Positions 50,199 to 63,244 are shown, counted from the first letter of the stretch. The stretch is 64,000 nucleotides of DNA from Mobula hypostoma (GCF_963921235.1 NC_086097.1:149980001-150044000); one strand, 5' to 3'. Program-made: numbers and translations. Notes: generated from the letters alone by a model not told the origin.

Positions 50199-50594
50199 TA
50201 ATGTGAAATTTGTTACAGCAGGACAGTGCAAAGACATAAAATTGGTATAAATTACAGGATAAAATAAAAGTGCAAATAAAGGAATAAAGTGGTAGTGTTC
50301 ATGGGTTTTTTGACTTCAGAAATCTGATGATGAAAGGAAAGAATTTGGTAAATTGCCTTTTTATTGTCACATGTACTGACATACAGTGAGAAACGTGCCT
50401 TGCAGATCAATTCATTACAATAATCCATTGAGTTAGTAAAAGATAAAACAATAACACAGTACAGAATAAAGTGTTTGCAGGCACAGAGAAAATGCAGTGT
50501 AGGTAAACATTAAGGTACAAGGTCACAATGAGGTAGATTGTGAGATTAAGAGTCCAGTTTATTGCACTAGGATCATGTGCACCGCCCTAGTAAT

Positions 50595-50960
50595 TAAGTA
50601 AGTAAATAAGTAAGTCACTTTTATTGTCATTTCGACCATGAACTGCTGGTACAGTACACAGTAAAAACAAAACAACGTTCCTCCAGGACCCTGGTGCTAC
50701 CTGAAACAACACAAAACTACACTAGACTAAGTGAGACAACACAAAACTACTTTAGACTTCAGGCCTACACGGGACTACATAAAGTGCACAAAACAGTGCA
50801 AGACAGTACAATAATTAAAAAACAAGACAATAGGCACAGTAAAGGACAAATTAGAATATAATAATAAATGATGTAAATGTAAACAATGTAAACAATGTTT
50901 TAGCAGGAATTGAGAAAGAAATGAGCAAAAATTGCAAAGGGAGTGGAGTGGTGTTCAGCT

Positions 50961-51000
<40 letters not shown>

Positions 51001-51268
51001 GCTGGTGTCAGACTGGACTCTAGGAATTGAAGAGTCAAATGGCTTGGGGGAAGAAACTGTTACACAGTCTGGTTGTGAGAGCCCGAATACGTTGGTACCT
51101 TTTGCCAGATGGCAGGAGGGAGAAGAGTTTGTATGAGGGGTGTGTGGGGTCCTTCACAATGCTGTTAGCTTTGTGGAAGCAGCGTGTGGTGTGAATGTCT
51201 GTGATGGCAGGAAGAGAGACCCCAATGATCCCCTCAGCTGACCTCACTATCCGCTGCAGGGTCTTGCA
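50595..51268 (-). mobile_element. Rex1/Babar 3' fragment with (TG)n
   Basis: ORF 51035 SAEGIIG...LLPSGKRYQRIRALTTRLCNSFFPQAI; tail aagtaagtaaataagtaag; (TG)n about 50963-50998. Confidence 0.85.
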
Positions 51269-51319
51269 ATAAAAGTACCTCCATTCCTATTTCCCTAGTG
51301 AATTAAAATGGATTCTTAA

Positions 51320-52870
51320 TCTCACAACAGTTGGCTGGAAGTTGTCTGGGGCCTGGTGGTACGTGTTTTCAGGCTTCTGTATCTTCTGTCCACTTGGGTG
51401 GGGTGGTGTATGGGAGAAGAAAGAATGTCTGGGATGGGTGGTGGCTTTGATTATGCTTGCTGCTTTACCAAGGCAGTGAGAAAGCAAAGTCCATGGAGTG
51501 TCCTGACGAAGAGTCTCGGCCTGAAACGTCGACTGTACCTCTTCCTAGAGACGCTGCCTGGCCTGCTGCGTTCACCAGCAACTTTCATGTGTGTTCCATG
51601 GAGTGGAGGTTGGTTTCCATGATGTGCTGAGCTGTGTCCACTACTGTCCACAGTTTCTTGTGTCTTGGGCAGAACAGTTGCACACCAAGCCATGATTCAT
51701 CTGGATAGGATGTTTTCCTTGGTACATCAGTAAAAAATGGCGAGGGCCAAATTTCCTCAGTCTTCTGAGGAAGTAGGAGCATTGGTGACCACATAGACAC
51801 CACTTTCTTGGCAGTGGTGTCCATGTAGTTGGATCAGGACAGGCTATCAGTGATATTCACTTCTAGAAACTGGAAGCTCTCAACCCTCTCCACCTCAGGA
51901 TCACTGATGTAAACAGGAGCAAGTGCACCATCTCCCTTCCTGTGGTCAATAACCAGCTCTTTTGTTTTGTTAACATTGAGGGAAAGATTGTTGCTATGAC
52001 ACAATGTTGCTAGGCTCTCTAGCTTTTTCCTGCACTCCAACTCAATGTTATTTGAGATGCAGCTCACTACAGTGATGTTATCTGCAAACTTGTAGGTGGT
52101 GTTAGAGCAAAATCTGGCCACCCAATCATGCTGTAAGTGTAGAGAGAATTGGATAGGGGAGTACCAGTGCTTAAGCTAATTGTGATTAAGGTGTTAATCC
52201 TATCATTACTGATTGAAGTCTGTTGGTCAGAAAGTAAAAGATGCAGTTACAGAAGGAGATATGAACTCCCATGGTTGTGAGTTTGGTAATGAGTTTGCTA
52301 GGAATAATAAAATGGAAGGCACAATAAACAAAGGTCTGACTTACAGTAGATGTATTTACTGTTCAGATGCTCCAGAGATGAGTGTAGGTCTAGAGATGGT
52401 ATGTGCAATAGACCTGTTTTGATGGTAGGCAAATTGCAGTGGGTCAAGATTGTCTGGGAAACTAGATATGATGCTTGACATGACCTGCCTCTCCACTACA
52501 TCATGTTAGATAGTAGAGTCACTGGGCTGTAACCATTAAGACACGTTATCTTATTTTTCTTGGGTCCAAAATGACAGTGGTCTTCTTAAAGCATGAGGGA
52601 ACCACAGCCTGAAACAGGGACAGGTTAAAAAATATCTGCAAGTACTCCTGCCAGCTGATCCACACAGGATCTATGGACATGACCAGCAACACCATCTGGG
52701 CTCAATACTTCTTGTGGGTTCACCCACTGGAAGCCTGATCTTACTGCGACTGTAGATTCAGGTGCACTGGAGACTGCCAGGGTGGCTGATGATAATTTGT
52801 TCCTTTCTGTTCAAAATGTGCATAGAATATGCGATGCTCATCGGGAATGGATGTGTTGTTGTTGGTGATG
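51320..52870 (-). mobile_element. Decayed Rex1/Babar LINE
   Basis: ORF 51834 YKFADNITVV...NNLSLNVNKTKELVID; ORF 51287 KAASIIK..THPRHSFF. Confidence 0.82.
51501..51594 (+). mobile_element. 94-bp PLE terminus (hammerhead + about 60 nt) with 11-bp TSD
   Basis: TSD tccatggagtg (51490-51500, 51595-51605); insert starts tcctgacgaagagtctcggcctgaaacgtcgac. Confidence 0.9.
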
Positions 52871-53399
52871 CTGCCCCATTTCATTTTGTTAATGCTTAAC
52901 CAGCCAATCTGTTTCAGATTTTGGCTGCCGTTGCATTGCCAAAAAACAAGGTGGCTGAAAATACTGTACCAAATTATTTAAGATGTTGACACCCTTCTGT
53001 CAAAATGTGGTCAATATGCCTCTACATTCTCTACATATTCACTTGCCTATCTCAGAGCCTCTGAAATACCTCCATTGCCTCTGCTTCCACCACAAGCCTT
53101 GGCAGTACATACCAGGTACTCAGCTCGCTGTATGTAAAATATTTGCCCTGCACATCTACTTTGAACTTCTCCCACTCATACTTTAATCCATATGCTCTTA
53201 ATCACTAATTCCATATTTGAAGAATGCCTGTATACCTAGACAACTCTATGTGTGCATTTGTGTGAAAAGGTGACAGATTTGAACCTCTCCCATCTACTCC
53301 TGGTAAATGAAATGAGAATATAGTATTTCATAATAACACTCACACACTGGTACGCAATAATGTCTAGGTCAATGGCAACCTCTCATTACTGACAGCTGA

Positions 53400-56300
53400 A
53401 AGACTTAAAAGTCAACTTTCAAAGAAAGCATAAGAGTAAAAGGAAGGGCATACAATGTACTAAAGTTAATGGGAAGGTATAAAACCAAAAGAAGGCAACT
53501 AAAAAACAATATGGAGATAAATATGCAGATAAGCTCACCAATAAAATGAAAGAGGATACCAAAAGTTTTTTTTTCAGTGATATAAAAGAGAGACAAGAAT
53601 GGACATGTGCGGTCAGAGATATAAAGACTAAAAGAGAGTCAAGAATGGACATGCATCGCTGAGGAACTGGTGCACAGGCAAGGTTTCGATTTATGGATCA
53701 TTGGGACCTCTTCTGGAGAAGGTACAACCCACACAAAAGGGGCAGGGTTACATCTGAAACCAAGGGGGACTGATATCCACATGTATAGGATTGGGAAGGT
53801 TTAAACTAATTTGGCAGGCAAATGGGAACTGGAGTGATAGGGCTGAGGATGAAGTAGTTGGTTTACAAACAGAGGAAGTGTGTAGTAAAACTGCTAGCAA
53901 GGAGAGGCTGATGATAGGGCAAAATTGCAGTCAATAGGATGTGTTACAATGTAAAAGGTGTACAACATTGAAAAAGGTGAATATAGGACTGAGAGTGTTA
54001 TATTTGAATGCACACAGTATATGGAATAAAGTAGCTGAACATGTAGCACCGTTACTGATTGACATGTATGATGTTGTAGGCATCACGGAATCATGGCAGA
54101 AAGAAGATTATAGCTGGGAGTTTAATGCCCAAGGATACACATTGCATCAAAAGGATAAGCAGTATTGATTTGTAGAAGGATTTGTAGAACGCCTATGAGA
54201 TGGCTTTTTAGAGCAGCTAGTGGTTGAGCCCCGTAGGGGATCAGCTATTCTGGATTGGATGTTGTGCAATGAACCGGATTTGATTAGAGAGCTTAAGGTA
54301 AAAGAACCCTTAGAGGCAAGTGGTCATAATATGATTGAATTTATCCTGCAATTTGAGAAGAAGCTAAAGTCAGATGTATCAGCATTACAGTGGAATAAAT
54401 GGAATTATAGAGGCATAAGAGAGGAGTTGGCCAAAATTGATTGGAAAAGAACAGTGGTGAGGGTGACTGCAGAGCAGCAACGGTTGGAATTTCTGGAAGC
54501 AATTTCGAAGGCACGGGACATATACATACCAAAGAGGAAGAAGTTTTCTAAAGGTATTCTGAAGAAGTATTCTGAAATGACAGAACCATGGCTAACAAGG
54601 GAAGTCAAAGCAAACATAAATGTCAAAGACAGGGCATATAATAGAGCAAAGATTAATGGGAAGTTAAAGGGATTGGAAAGCTTTAAAAACAAATTGCAAC
54701 TAAAAAATCATTAAGAAGGAAAAGATAGAATATGAAGATAAGCTAACAATAATATTAAAGAAGATACCAAAAGTTTCTTCAGGTACATAAAGCGTAAAAG
54801 AGAAGTGAGAGTGGATATTGGACTATTAGAAAACAATGCCGGAGAGGTAGTAATGGGGAAAAAATGGCGGATAAGCTGAATAAGCATTTTTCATCCCTCT
54901 TCACTGAGGATGATACTAACAGTATGCTGGAAGTTCAAGAATGTTAGGGGGCAGAAGTGTGTGAAGTTACCATTAGTCGGGAAAAGGTTCTTGGGAAACT
55001 GAAAGGTTTGAAAGTAGATAAGTCACCTGGACCAGATGGTCTACACCCCAGGGTTCTGAAAGAGGTGGCTGAAAAGATTGTGGAGGCATTGGTAATGATC
55101 TCTCAAGAATCAATTGATTCTGGCATGGTTCTGGAAGATTGGAAAATTACGAATGTCATTCCACTCTTCAAGGAGGGAGAGAGGCAGAAGAATGGAAGTT
55201 ACAAGTCAGTTAGTCTGACCTCAATAGTTGGGAAGATGTTGGAGTTGATTGTTAAAGTTGTGGTTTTGGGGTATTTGGAGGCACTTGATAAGATAGGCTG
55301 TCATCAGCATGGCTTCCTTAAGGGAAAATCTTGCCTGACCAATATGTTGGAATTCTTTGAAGAAATAACAAGCAGGATAGACAAAGGAGAATTGGTGGAA
55401 ATTCTGTACTTGGATTTTCAGAAGGCCTTTGACAAGGTGCCACTTATGAAGCTGCTTAACAAGTTAAGAGCCCATGGTATAACAGGAAGGATAAAGCAGT
55501 GGTCTATTGGCAGGAGGCAAAGAATGGGAATAAAGAGAGCATTTTCTGGTTGACTGTCTGTGACAATCATCTGTGTTGGATTGTTTCAATGACTTGGATA
55601 ATGGAATTGATAGCTTTGTGACCAAGTTTATGGATGATCTAAAGATAGGTGAAGGGGCAAGTAGCTTTGATGAATTAGAGAAACCACAGATGGACTTAGA
55701 CAGATTAGGAGAATGGGCATAGAAGTGGCAGGTGGAATACAGTATCAGTAAGTACATGGTCATGCACTGTGGTAGAAAAAATGAAAGGGTAGACTATTTT
55801 CAAAATAGAGAGAAAATTAAAAAATCTGAGGCACAAAGGGATTTGGGAGTCCTTGTGCAGGATTTCCTAAAGGTTAATTTGAAGGTTGAGTCTGTGGTGA
55901 GGAAACAAATACAATGTTAGAATTCATTTCAAGAGGACTAGAATACCAAAGCAAGGGTGTAATGTTGAGACTTTATAAAGCACTGTTGAGGCCTCACTAA
56001 GAATATTGTGAGCAGTATTGAGCCTCTTAGCTAAGCAAGGATGTGCTGAGACTGGAGAGGTTTCAAAAAAGGTTCATGAAAATGGTTCCATGATTGAAAG
56101 GCTTATCACATGAATGTTTGATGTTTGATACTCACTGGAATTCAGAAGAATGAGCAGTGACCTCATTGAAACCTATCGAATTGTGAAAGGCCTTGATAGA
56201 GTAAATGTGGAGAGGATGTTTCCTATGGTGGAAGTATCTCAGACCAGATGACACAGCCTCAAATTAAAGGGTCACCTTTTTAGAATGGAGACTAAGATGA

Positions 56301-57110
56301 ATTTCTTTAACAAGTGAGTGATGAATCTGTGGAATTCATTGCTACAGCCATCTGTGGAGACTAAGTCATTGGATATATTTAAAGCAGAGATTGATAAATT
56401 CTTGATTAAACTGGCCATGAAGGAATACGGGGAGAAGGTAAGAGATTGGGTCTGAGAGGGAAAATGGATCAGCCACAATGAAATGGCAGAACAGACTTGA
56501 TGGGCCAAATGGCCTGAAATTGCTCATATATCTTATGGTCTTATGGCCTTTAAGTAATACTGGAAAGACAGTAATGGGATACAAAGAAATGTTGGATGAA
56601 CTGACTAAGTTTATTGTGTCAGTCTTCACTGAGGACAATATCAGCAACATGCCGGAAATTAGAGAGTGTTGGGGGCAGAAGTGAATGTATTACTATGGAG
56701 AAGGTAATTGGGAAACTGAAAGGTCTGAAGGTAAAAAGTCGCCTGGACCAAATGAACTACAGCCCAGGGCCTAATTCTGCTCCTGTATTTTATGGTCCTA
56801 TGGTTCTGAAAGAGGTAGCTAAAAAGATTGTGATGCATTAGTAGTGATCTTTCAAGAATCACTAAATTCTGGGATGGTTCCAGAGGACTGGAAAATTTCA
56901 GATGTCCCTTCACTCAATGAGAAGGGAGAGAGGCAAAGGACAAGAAATTATAAGCAAGTTAGCCTGATTTCAGTAGTTGGCAAGATGTTGGAGACCATTA
57001 TGAACAATAAAGTTTTGGGATACGTGAAGGCACATGATAAAATAGGCCAAAGTCAACATGATTTCCTTAAGGAAAAAAAAATGCAGCTTAACTATTTTCT
57101 AACTGGTGAG
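53400..57110 (+). mobile_element. CR1 nested in CR1 (inner copy about 53655-56550 with ORF1 end, endonuclease, RT, tail)
   Basis: YLNAHSI..VVGITESW; ASGHNMIEF; KSPGPDGLHPRVLKE..YLDFQKAFDKVP; tail cttatggtcttatgg at 56530-56546; outer CR1 ORF2 resumes at about 56553. Confidence 0.88.
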
Positions 57111-57164
57111 CAAAGCGGAGTAATGTTGAGGCTTCATAAGAGATTTATTTTATATATATAATAG

Positions 57165-57856
57165 TTAAACTAAACAAATGTAGCAAAAAATGTAGTGAGG
57201 TAGTGTTCATGCATTCAATGTCCATTCAGAAAACAGATGGCAAAGAGGAAGAAGCTGTTCCTGAATCTTTGAGTGTTTGTCTTCAGGCTCCTGGTCCTCC
57301 TTCCTAATGGTAGGAATGAGAAGAGGGCTTGTCCTGGGTGATGGGGGCCCTTAATAATGAATGCTGCCTTTTTGAGGCATCGTCCTGGATACACGTGGCC
57401 AAGTGGTTAAGGCATTGGACTAGCTACCTGAAGGTCGTGAGTTCGAGCCCCAGCCGAGGCAACGTGTTGTGTCCTTGAGCAAGGCACTTAATCACACATT
57501 GCTCTGCGACGGCACTGGTGCCAAGCTGTATGGGTCCTAATGCCCTAATGACAACATTAGTGTCGTGGAGAGGGGAGACTTGCAGCATGGGCAACTACTG
57601 ATCTTCCATACAACCTTGCCCAGGCCTGCGCCCTGGAGAGTGAAGACTTTCCAGGCGCAGATCCATGGTCTCGCAAGACTAACCGATGCCTGGATGCTAT
57701 GGAGGCTAGTGTCAATGATAGAGCTGACTGAGTTCACAACTTGCTGCAGCTCCTTTTCATCCTGTTCACTAGCCCACAAATACCAGACCATGATGCAACC
57801 AGTTAGATCACTCTGCACGACACATCTGTAGAAATTTGTGAGTGTCTTTGGTGCCC
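57165..57856 (-). mobile_element. Rex1/Babar 3' fragment hosting a SINE
   Basis: KTLTNFYRCVVQSDLTGCIMVWY in ORF 57537; aagaagctgttcctgaat motif. Confidence 0.8.
57391..57688 (+). mobile_element. tRNA-derived SINE with CORE-like middle and LINE-derived tail
   Basis: A box tggccaagtgg, B box gagttcgagcc, gtgtccttgagcaaggcacttaa, tail ttccaggcgcagatccatggtctcgcaagactaaccgatg; TSD cctggat (57384-57390, 57689-57695). Confidence 0.85.
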
Positions 57857-58006
57857 TTGCCCCCTCCCTCTTCAGTCCTGGCGAAGGGTCTCGGCCCAAA
57901 ACGTTGACTGTTCGTTTCCACAGATGCTGGCCAGCCTGCTGAGTTCCTCCAGCATGTTGTGCGTGTTGCTTTGATCCCAGCATCTGCAGGGTATTTTGTG
58001 TTTACG
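57857..58006 (+). mobile_element. Older PLE 3' terminus with decayed hammerhead
   Basis: cagtcctggcgaagggtctcggcccaaaacgttgactg...cagcatctgcagggtattttgtgttt. Confidence 0.82.
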
Positions 58007-60834
58007 ACTCTCTAGGTAACATTTACATGCTTTGATAATAAATTTACTTTGTACTTTGGACATGAGGATTTGTAGCCTAAAGAATTTTTGTAAACGACAA
58101 GTCAGTGACCATGAGAGTTTTACAATGAAATATGAAGCATTGATTTTGAACAACTAGTTAAAGATTAATAATATTAAATAGGAAAATGGATTTGGGGAAA
58201 GGGTTATATGGGGAGAGATGGAGGGAGGGAGAGAGAGAGAGACTCAAATATATAATTGAATCATATTATTAAAAACAATCTCTATCATGCTTTATAATCA
58301 ATGGACTTGGCAGCATTATCACAGACCTGAATCTCTTTTTGAACAGTGGACCTGGTGAAGATCTTAGGAACATAACATCTGGCCCCTGAAACTGCCCTTC
58401 CATTCTTTAAGATCGTGGCTGATTTTCTCCCTCTGTTCCATTTTCCTGCATTATCCCGGATTCCTAGATTCTCTTATTCTACTGAAATGTTTCAAATTCA
58501 GGTCAGAATGAACTCAGTGATGGAAATTCACTACCATCTGGGATAAAGAACTTCAAAGATTTACCACCCTTTTGAGTGAAGATGTTCTCTCATCTTAACC
58601 TAAAAGGCCTATTATATTTTTCTTTCTAAATTGTGACCTCTGGTTTATTGCTATATATCCAAGGGATAACATTTTCACAAAATGTGAAAATCAAAGTCAA
58701 AATCCTTTATTGTCATATGCACAAGTACATGCATACACAGGTGCAATGTGAAACTGACTTACACATACAGTAGCTTTGGAGATGCAATATTTACATGAAA
58801 AACAATTTAAGTATAAGTTATCCAAAATTATACAGAAACGTAATAAACAAAAAAGCAAGGTCTATTTTAGAGTGAAGTGGTCACATTGGTCATAGTGTTG
58901 TTATACCGAGGTTATTATGGATTAGCTAGGTATTAGGAATATACAGGTTGGTTCGATAAGAAAATACTTGAATGGAAATGTCTATTTTTTAACTTGCGTT
59001 TCTTGACACATGCATAGATTTGTAGCTTTGCTTTGTAAAGTACCTGTTTTATTTTCAAGTCTATAATTAATGCGGCATTAACAAAATCTGACTGTTAGTG
59101 TAAAGTATCTGACTTGCTGTCTATGAATGATGACTGAACTGTTACTGTGGCCCTGGATATTGAAAGGTTGTGGTAACAAATAAATCGATTGTTGTTGAGT
59201 CCATCATGTCCAGGTAAAGATTTCTTGACATGATATTCAAACAATGAGATGCAAATAACATAATTCAAAATAAAAGAAGTTGTCCATTTCAGTACAGAAT
59301 AAAAAACAGACTGGAATGTATTTGAAAGTTTCAGTGGCTTTCTATATAGAAACCCTGTTTCTATATATAACCAGGTGAAAGCAACAGACTGGTATTCAAA
59401 CAAAAGTTTATATATAGAAAAATACGTATATATAGAATAAAAGAAATCCAGAAATGTGCTGCTGGATGGATCTAATAGTGGGATTGCATGGGTTACATCT
59501 TAAATTACAGATAATCTGGGGTGAGTTATGGCTGGTTTCCAATTAATATTATAGTACAGTCAGAGAATAAGTTTCAAATGAGATTTTTATCAGGGAGTTT
59601 GAGCTGAACAGAGTTTGGAAGGAATTATATCAAATTTATCAGACAGCTGGGAATGCCCTATTAGTTACCCATTAAATGTCTGAAACAAGAGCAGCAAACT
59701 TAAGTGCAAATTGTGAGTCGAAATGACTGCTGTTAGCTGTGAGTCATATCCTAGAATTACCTTACTGATTTTTGATATGTGCTAAAAGTGTACCTCTCCA
59801 TTCAGGCTGAAAGCTGGAAGGTGTCTCCAAATACCGCTGTCTTGTCAGTTTCCAAAATAAATCCCATAAGTTGCCCCTATCATGAACCAGCAGCTGCAGT
59901 GCTTATCATTATTGCTGAGAGTAAAAAATTCCATTGAAATTAAACTCTTCTTCAATAGGCAATGAGGTGTCATGTTATGGAAAATCTTCATAACGACAGA
60001 TTTCTAGGAATGGAACTCCTCCGTAAATGGGGTTCAGCTATTTTTCAGGTGTTGTCTGATCAGATTCCATATAATTGCAAATGAATTATAGGATATTTAC
60101 AGGATAATGGGAGATAAGTTTGCTTCATGTGATTGAGGATTAGAGAAAGATGAAAGTAGTCATGTGCTTTAGTGATTGCTGAGATTATTGGTACAGATAA
60201 GTTTGCCATTTAGCGTTAATAATTAATTAAATGTTGTAACACTTGTTGTTATATTAGGACAGAGAATGTGTAATAATCACTGGTGTACAAAACAACTGTG
60301 GGGGAGCAGGCAGGTTGAGAGATTCAGGACAAAGGTATACTTCATTGCTATAGAACCTGACCCTGATGAATAATCCGCAGGAGACTGCATTGCTTATTCA
60401 TCTGCTGATCCAAATTAAAGCCCATTAATTCCACCTTCACTTTTTCATCGTTTGTCCTGTTTCGGATCTTTTTGTCTTCTCCTTTTCAATATTATGCCCT
60501 TCCCATTCCATTTTTATTTCATCCAGCAAGCCATAGATCATCCATGTTCTACCTCCTACATCCAGCTCTCTATCATCCTATGGAGTGACTTAGACAGTTG
60601 GGGGTTAACTTTTGTTAAAACTGTGAAAATGGTGATTAGAAATCTTTACTTACCAATAGTGTAAATTAAATATTTTCCACTTAAGCCCCCGGTTATCATT
60701 AGGGATCTAATAACAATTTTCAGTGTTTTGTGAAGCCTCTCTTTTGGTCTCTCTGCTTCCCAAGATCTTAGCCAGCACCACTTGGTCCCAATAGATAAAT
60801 TAGAGGAACTCCTAGTCACAGTAATACTAAAAAT

Positions 60835-60995
60835 ACTGAGAGAGGCATGTATAGGTACATGGATGAGAGAGCTATGAAGGGCTATGGTCTGGGTGCAGGT
60901 TGTTGGGACTAAGAGGTAAAACAGGTTGGCATAGACTAGATGGGCCAAAGGGCCTGTTTCTGCACTGTAGTACTCTATGACTCAATGACTCTGTG
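60835..60995 (+). mobile_element. CR1 3' end
   Basis: gatgggccaaagggcctgtttctgcactgtagtactctatgactcaatgactct tail. Confidence 0.7.
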
Positions 60996-62209
60996 ATTAG
61001 TTCACTGAGATCAGAAACCAGAACTATTTATGATTCCAAGTGGACCGCAGAGCATATGATTGGATCAGCATTGTCCTACAGCTACACTGCCACAAACCTT
61101 TGAATTACATGAGGTCAAGAATTCACAGTTAGGGATGTAGGCAGTGCACTGGCCATTTCCTCAAAAGTGTGTTACAGGTGCTTACATGCCCTTATCACTC
61201 TAGTTCAGAAAATACTTCAGGTCTTTTTACAAGACTGCTTCATTAAGGGAGGGATTGTGAATAGACCTGGATCTGACAGGCTGGATGGAGCTGATGGCAG
61301 CTCCAGCCTCTGTGTTGTGGGTGTTTGTACTTGCACACAACATTGTGCGGGTGGGGGGATTCGGAGTGTGCTAGAGCTCAGATTCAGGCACATTTAAACT
61401 CACACGCTGTTGTCGGGCATCACAGAGATTGCAGGTGTTCCCTAATGTTCTGATCCATGCAGACTGTTCTGCTTTGTGTTCAGACTCTCAGCTTTTCCGT
61501 GGATCAAATGTCAATTGTGACCCCATTTGTTTGATTTCGTGGGTGTCACAGACCATCAGTAAAAAATAACGAAAAAGAAGTAGCTTGATTTCACTGCATT
61601 CACCTTTTCAATTAATTTACATGAGTAATATGTGGTTTTTGATTATTTACTTGTTTTATTTCATTTAATTATGTGATTTTATTTTAATTGTTTCATACAG
61701 AAACCTTAGGCCCACTGTAGCCTAATCGTTTCTCCTGGATCTCCCTGTTTTGCAGATGTGATTGACTTCTAATGGTCTATTGTGCTAGATATGACTCCTT
61801 CTAGAAAAGGTCCTTGATGCCCCATTCGATCAAATGTAGATTTGATGACAAGAACAGTTACTTTCACCTCACCTGTGGTACTTTGATCTATTATCCATGT
61901 TTGGAATGTTTGGGCCTATTCTCCACAGTTCCATGTATCTGGCCTATCAAGCCCCTTTAGGAATTTTGTGAGTTTCAGTGAGATCTTCACTCTCTGTGGA
62001 GAGTCAACCCCCGTAGGACAATATTCCAGGGCGCACCAGCTCACTGACATCGTCATGGCCATCTTCAACATTTCAGTTATCCAGGTTGCTGTCCCGTATG
62101 CTTCAAATCAGCCAACCTTGTACACTATACACCTTCAGAACTAAATGACTGCTGCCCAGTGGCACTGATGCTATCATCATGAAGTGCTTTGAATGGCTGT
62201 TAATGGCAG

Positions 62210-63232
62210 ACATATGGATGATATGAAGATAGACAGAGGGGGCAAGTAGTGTTGAGGAAGCAGAGAATCTGCAGAAGGACTTAGGTAGTTTAGGACAATG
62301 GACAAAGAAGTGGTAGATGGAACATAGTGCAGGGAAGTGTAAGGTCATGTGCTTTAGCAGAAGGAATATAGGCATAGCACACACATGAAGGATCTCGGCC
62401 CAAAACGTCGACTGTACCTCTTCCAATAGATGCTGCCTGGCCTGCTGCGTTCACCAGCAACTTTTATGTGTGTTGCTTGAAATTCCAGCATCTGCAGATT
62501 TCCTCGTGTTTGCGTTTGAATATAGGCATAGACTATTTCTAAATGGGGAGAAAATTCAAAATCAGAGGTGCAAAAGGACTTGTGAGTCCTTGTGCAGGAT
62601 TTCCTGAAAGATAGCATGCAGGTTGAGTCGGTGGTAAGGAAGGCAAATGAATTTCAAGAAGACTAGAATATAAGAGCAAGGTTGTAATGCTGAGGCTTTA
62701 TAGGATATCAGTCAGACAGCACTCTCTGAGGCCCCTTTTCTGAGGAAAAAAATGTGCTGCTATTGGAGAGTGTCCAGAGGAGGTTCATGAGAATAGTACC
62801 AGGAATGAAAGGTTAACGTATAAGGAGAGCTTGATAGCTCTAGGCTTGTACCCGCTGAAGTTTAGAAGAATGAGTGGGGATCTCATTAAAACCTATCGAA
62901 TATTGAAAGGCCTAGACAGAGTTTTTGTTTCGTATACTGGGTGAATCTAGAACTAGAGGGTACAGCTTCAGAATAGAGAGATGTCCATTTAGAACAAGAT
63001 GAGGAGGAATTTCTTTAGCCAGAAGGCACTGAATCTGTGGAATTCATTGCCGTATTTAGCTATGGAGGCCAAGTCATTGGTATACTTAAAGCAAAGTTCT
63101 TGATTAGTCAAGGGATCAAAGATTACAGAGAGAAGCAAGAGAATGGGTTTGAAAAAGATAATAACTGATGTAATGGTAGAGCAGACTCAATGGGCCAAAA
63201 TGCCTAATTCTGCTCCTATGTCTTACGGGTTT
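62210..63232 (+). mobile_element. CR1 RT C-terminus and 3' end, interrupted by short PLE
   Basis: Close match to 55630-56546; tail gcctaattctgctcctatgtcttacgg. Confidence 0.85.
62378..62517 (+). mobile_element. 140-bp PLE terminus with 14-bp TSD and 9-nt inverted stub
   Basis: TSD gaatataggcatag (62364-62377, 62518-62531); begins cacacacat, then tgaaggatctcggcccaaaacgtcgac...cctcgtgtttgcgttt. Confidence 0.9.
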
Positions 63233-63244
63233 TTGTTAAAAGCT

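Noticed and set aside
57391..57470. tRNA gene
   Set aside because: A/B boxes are present but run into a SINE body with TSD; no complete acceptor stem seen.
59095..59403. 102-aa minus ORF and nearby plus-strand donor ccaggtaaag
   Set aside because: AT-rich, no motif; plus-strand frames upstream of the donor contain stops.
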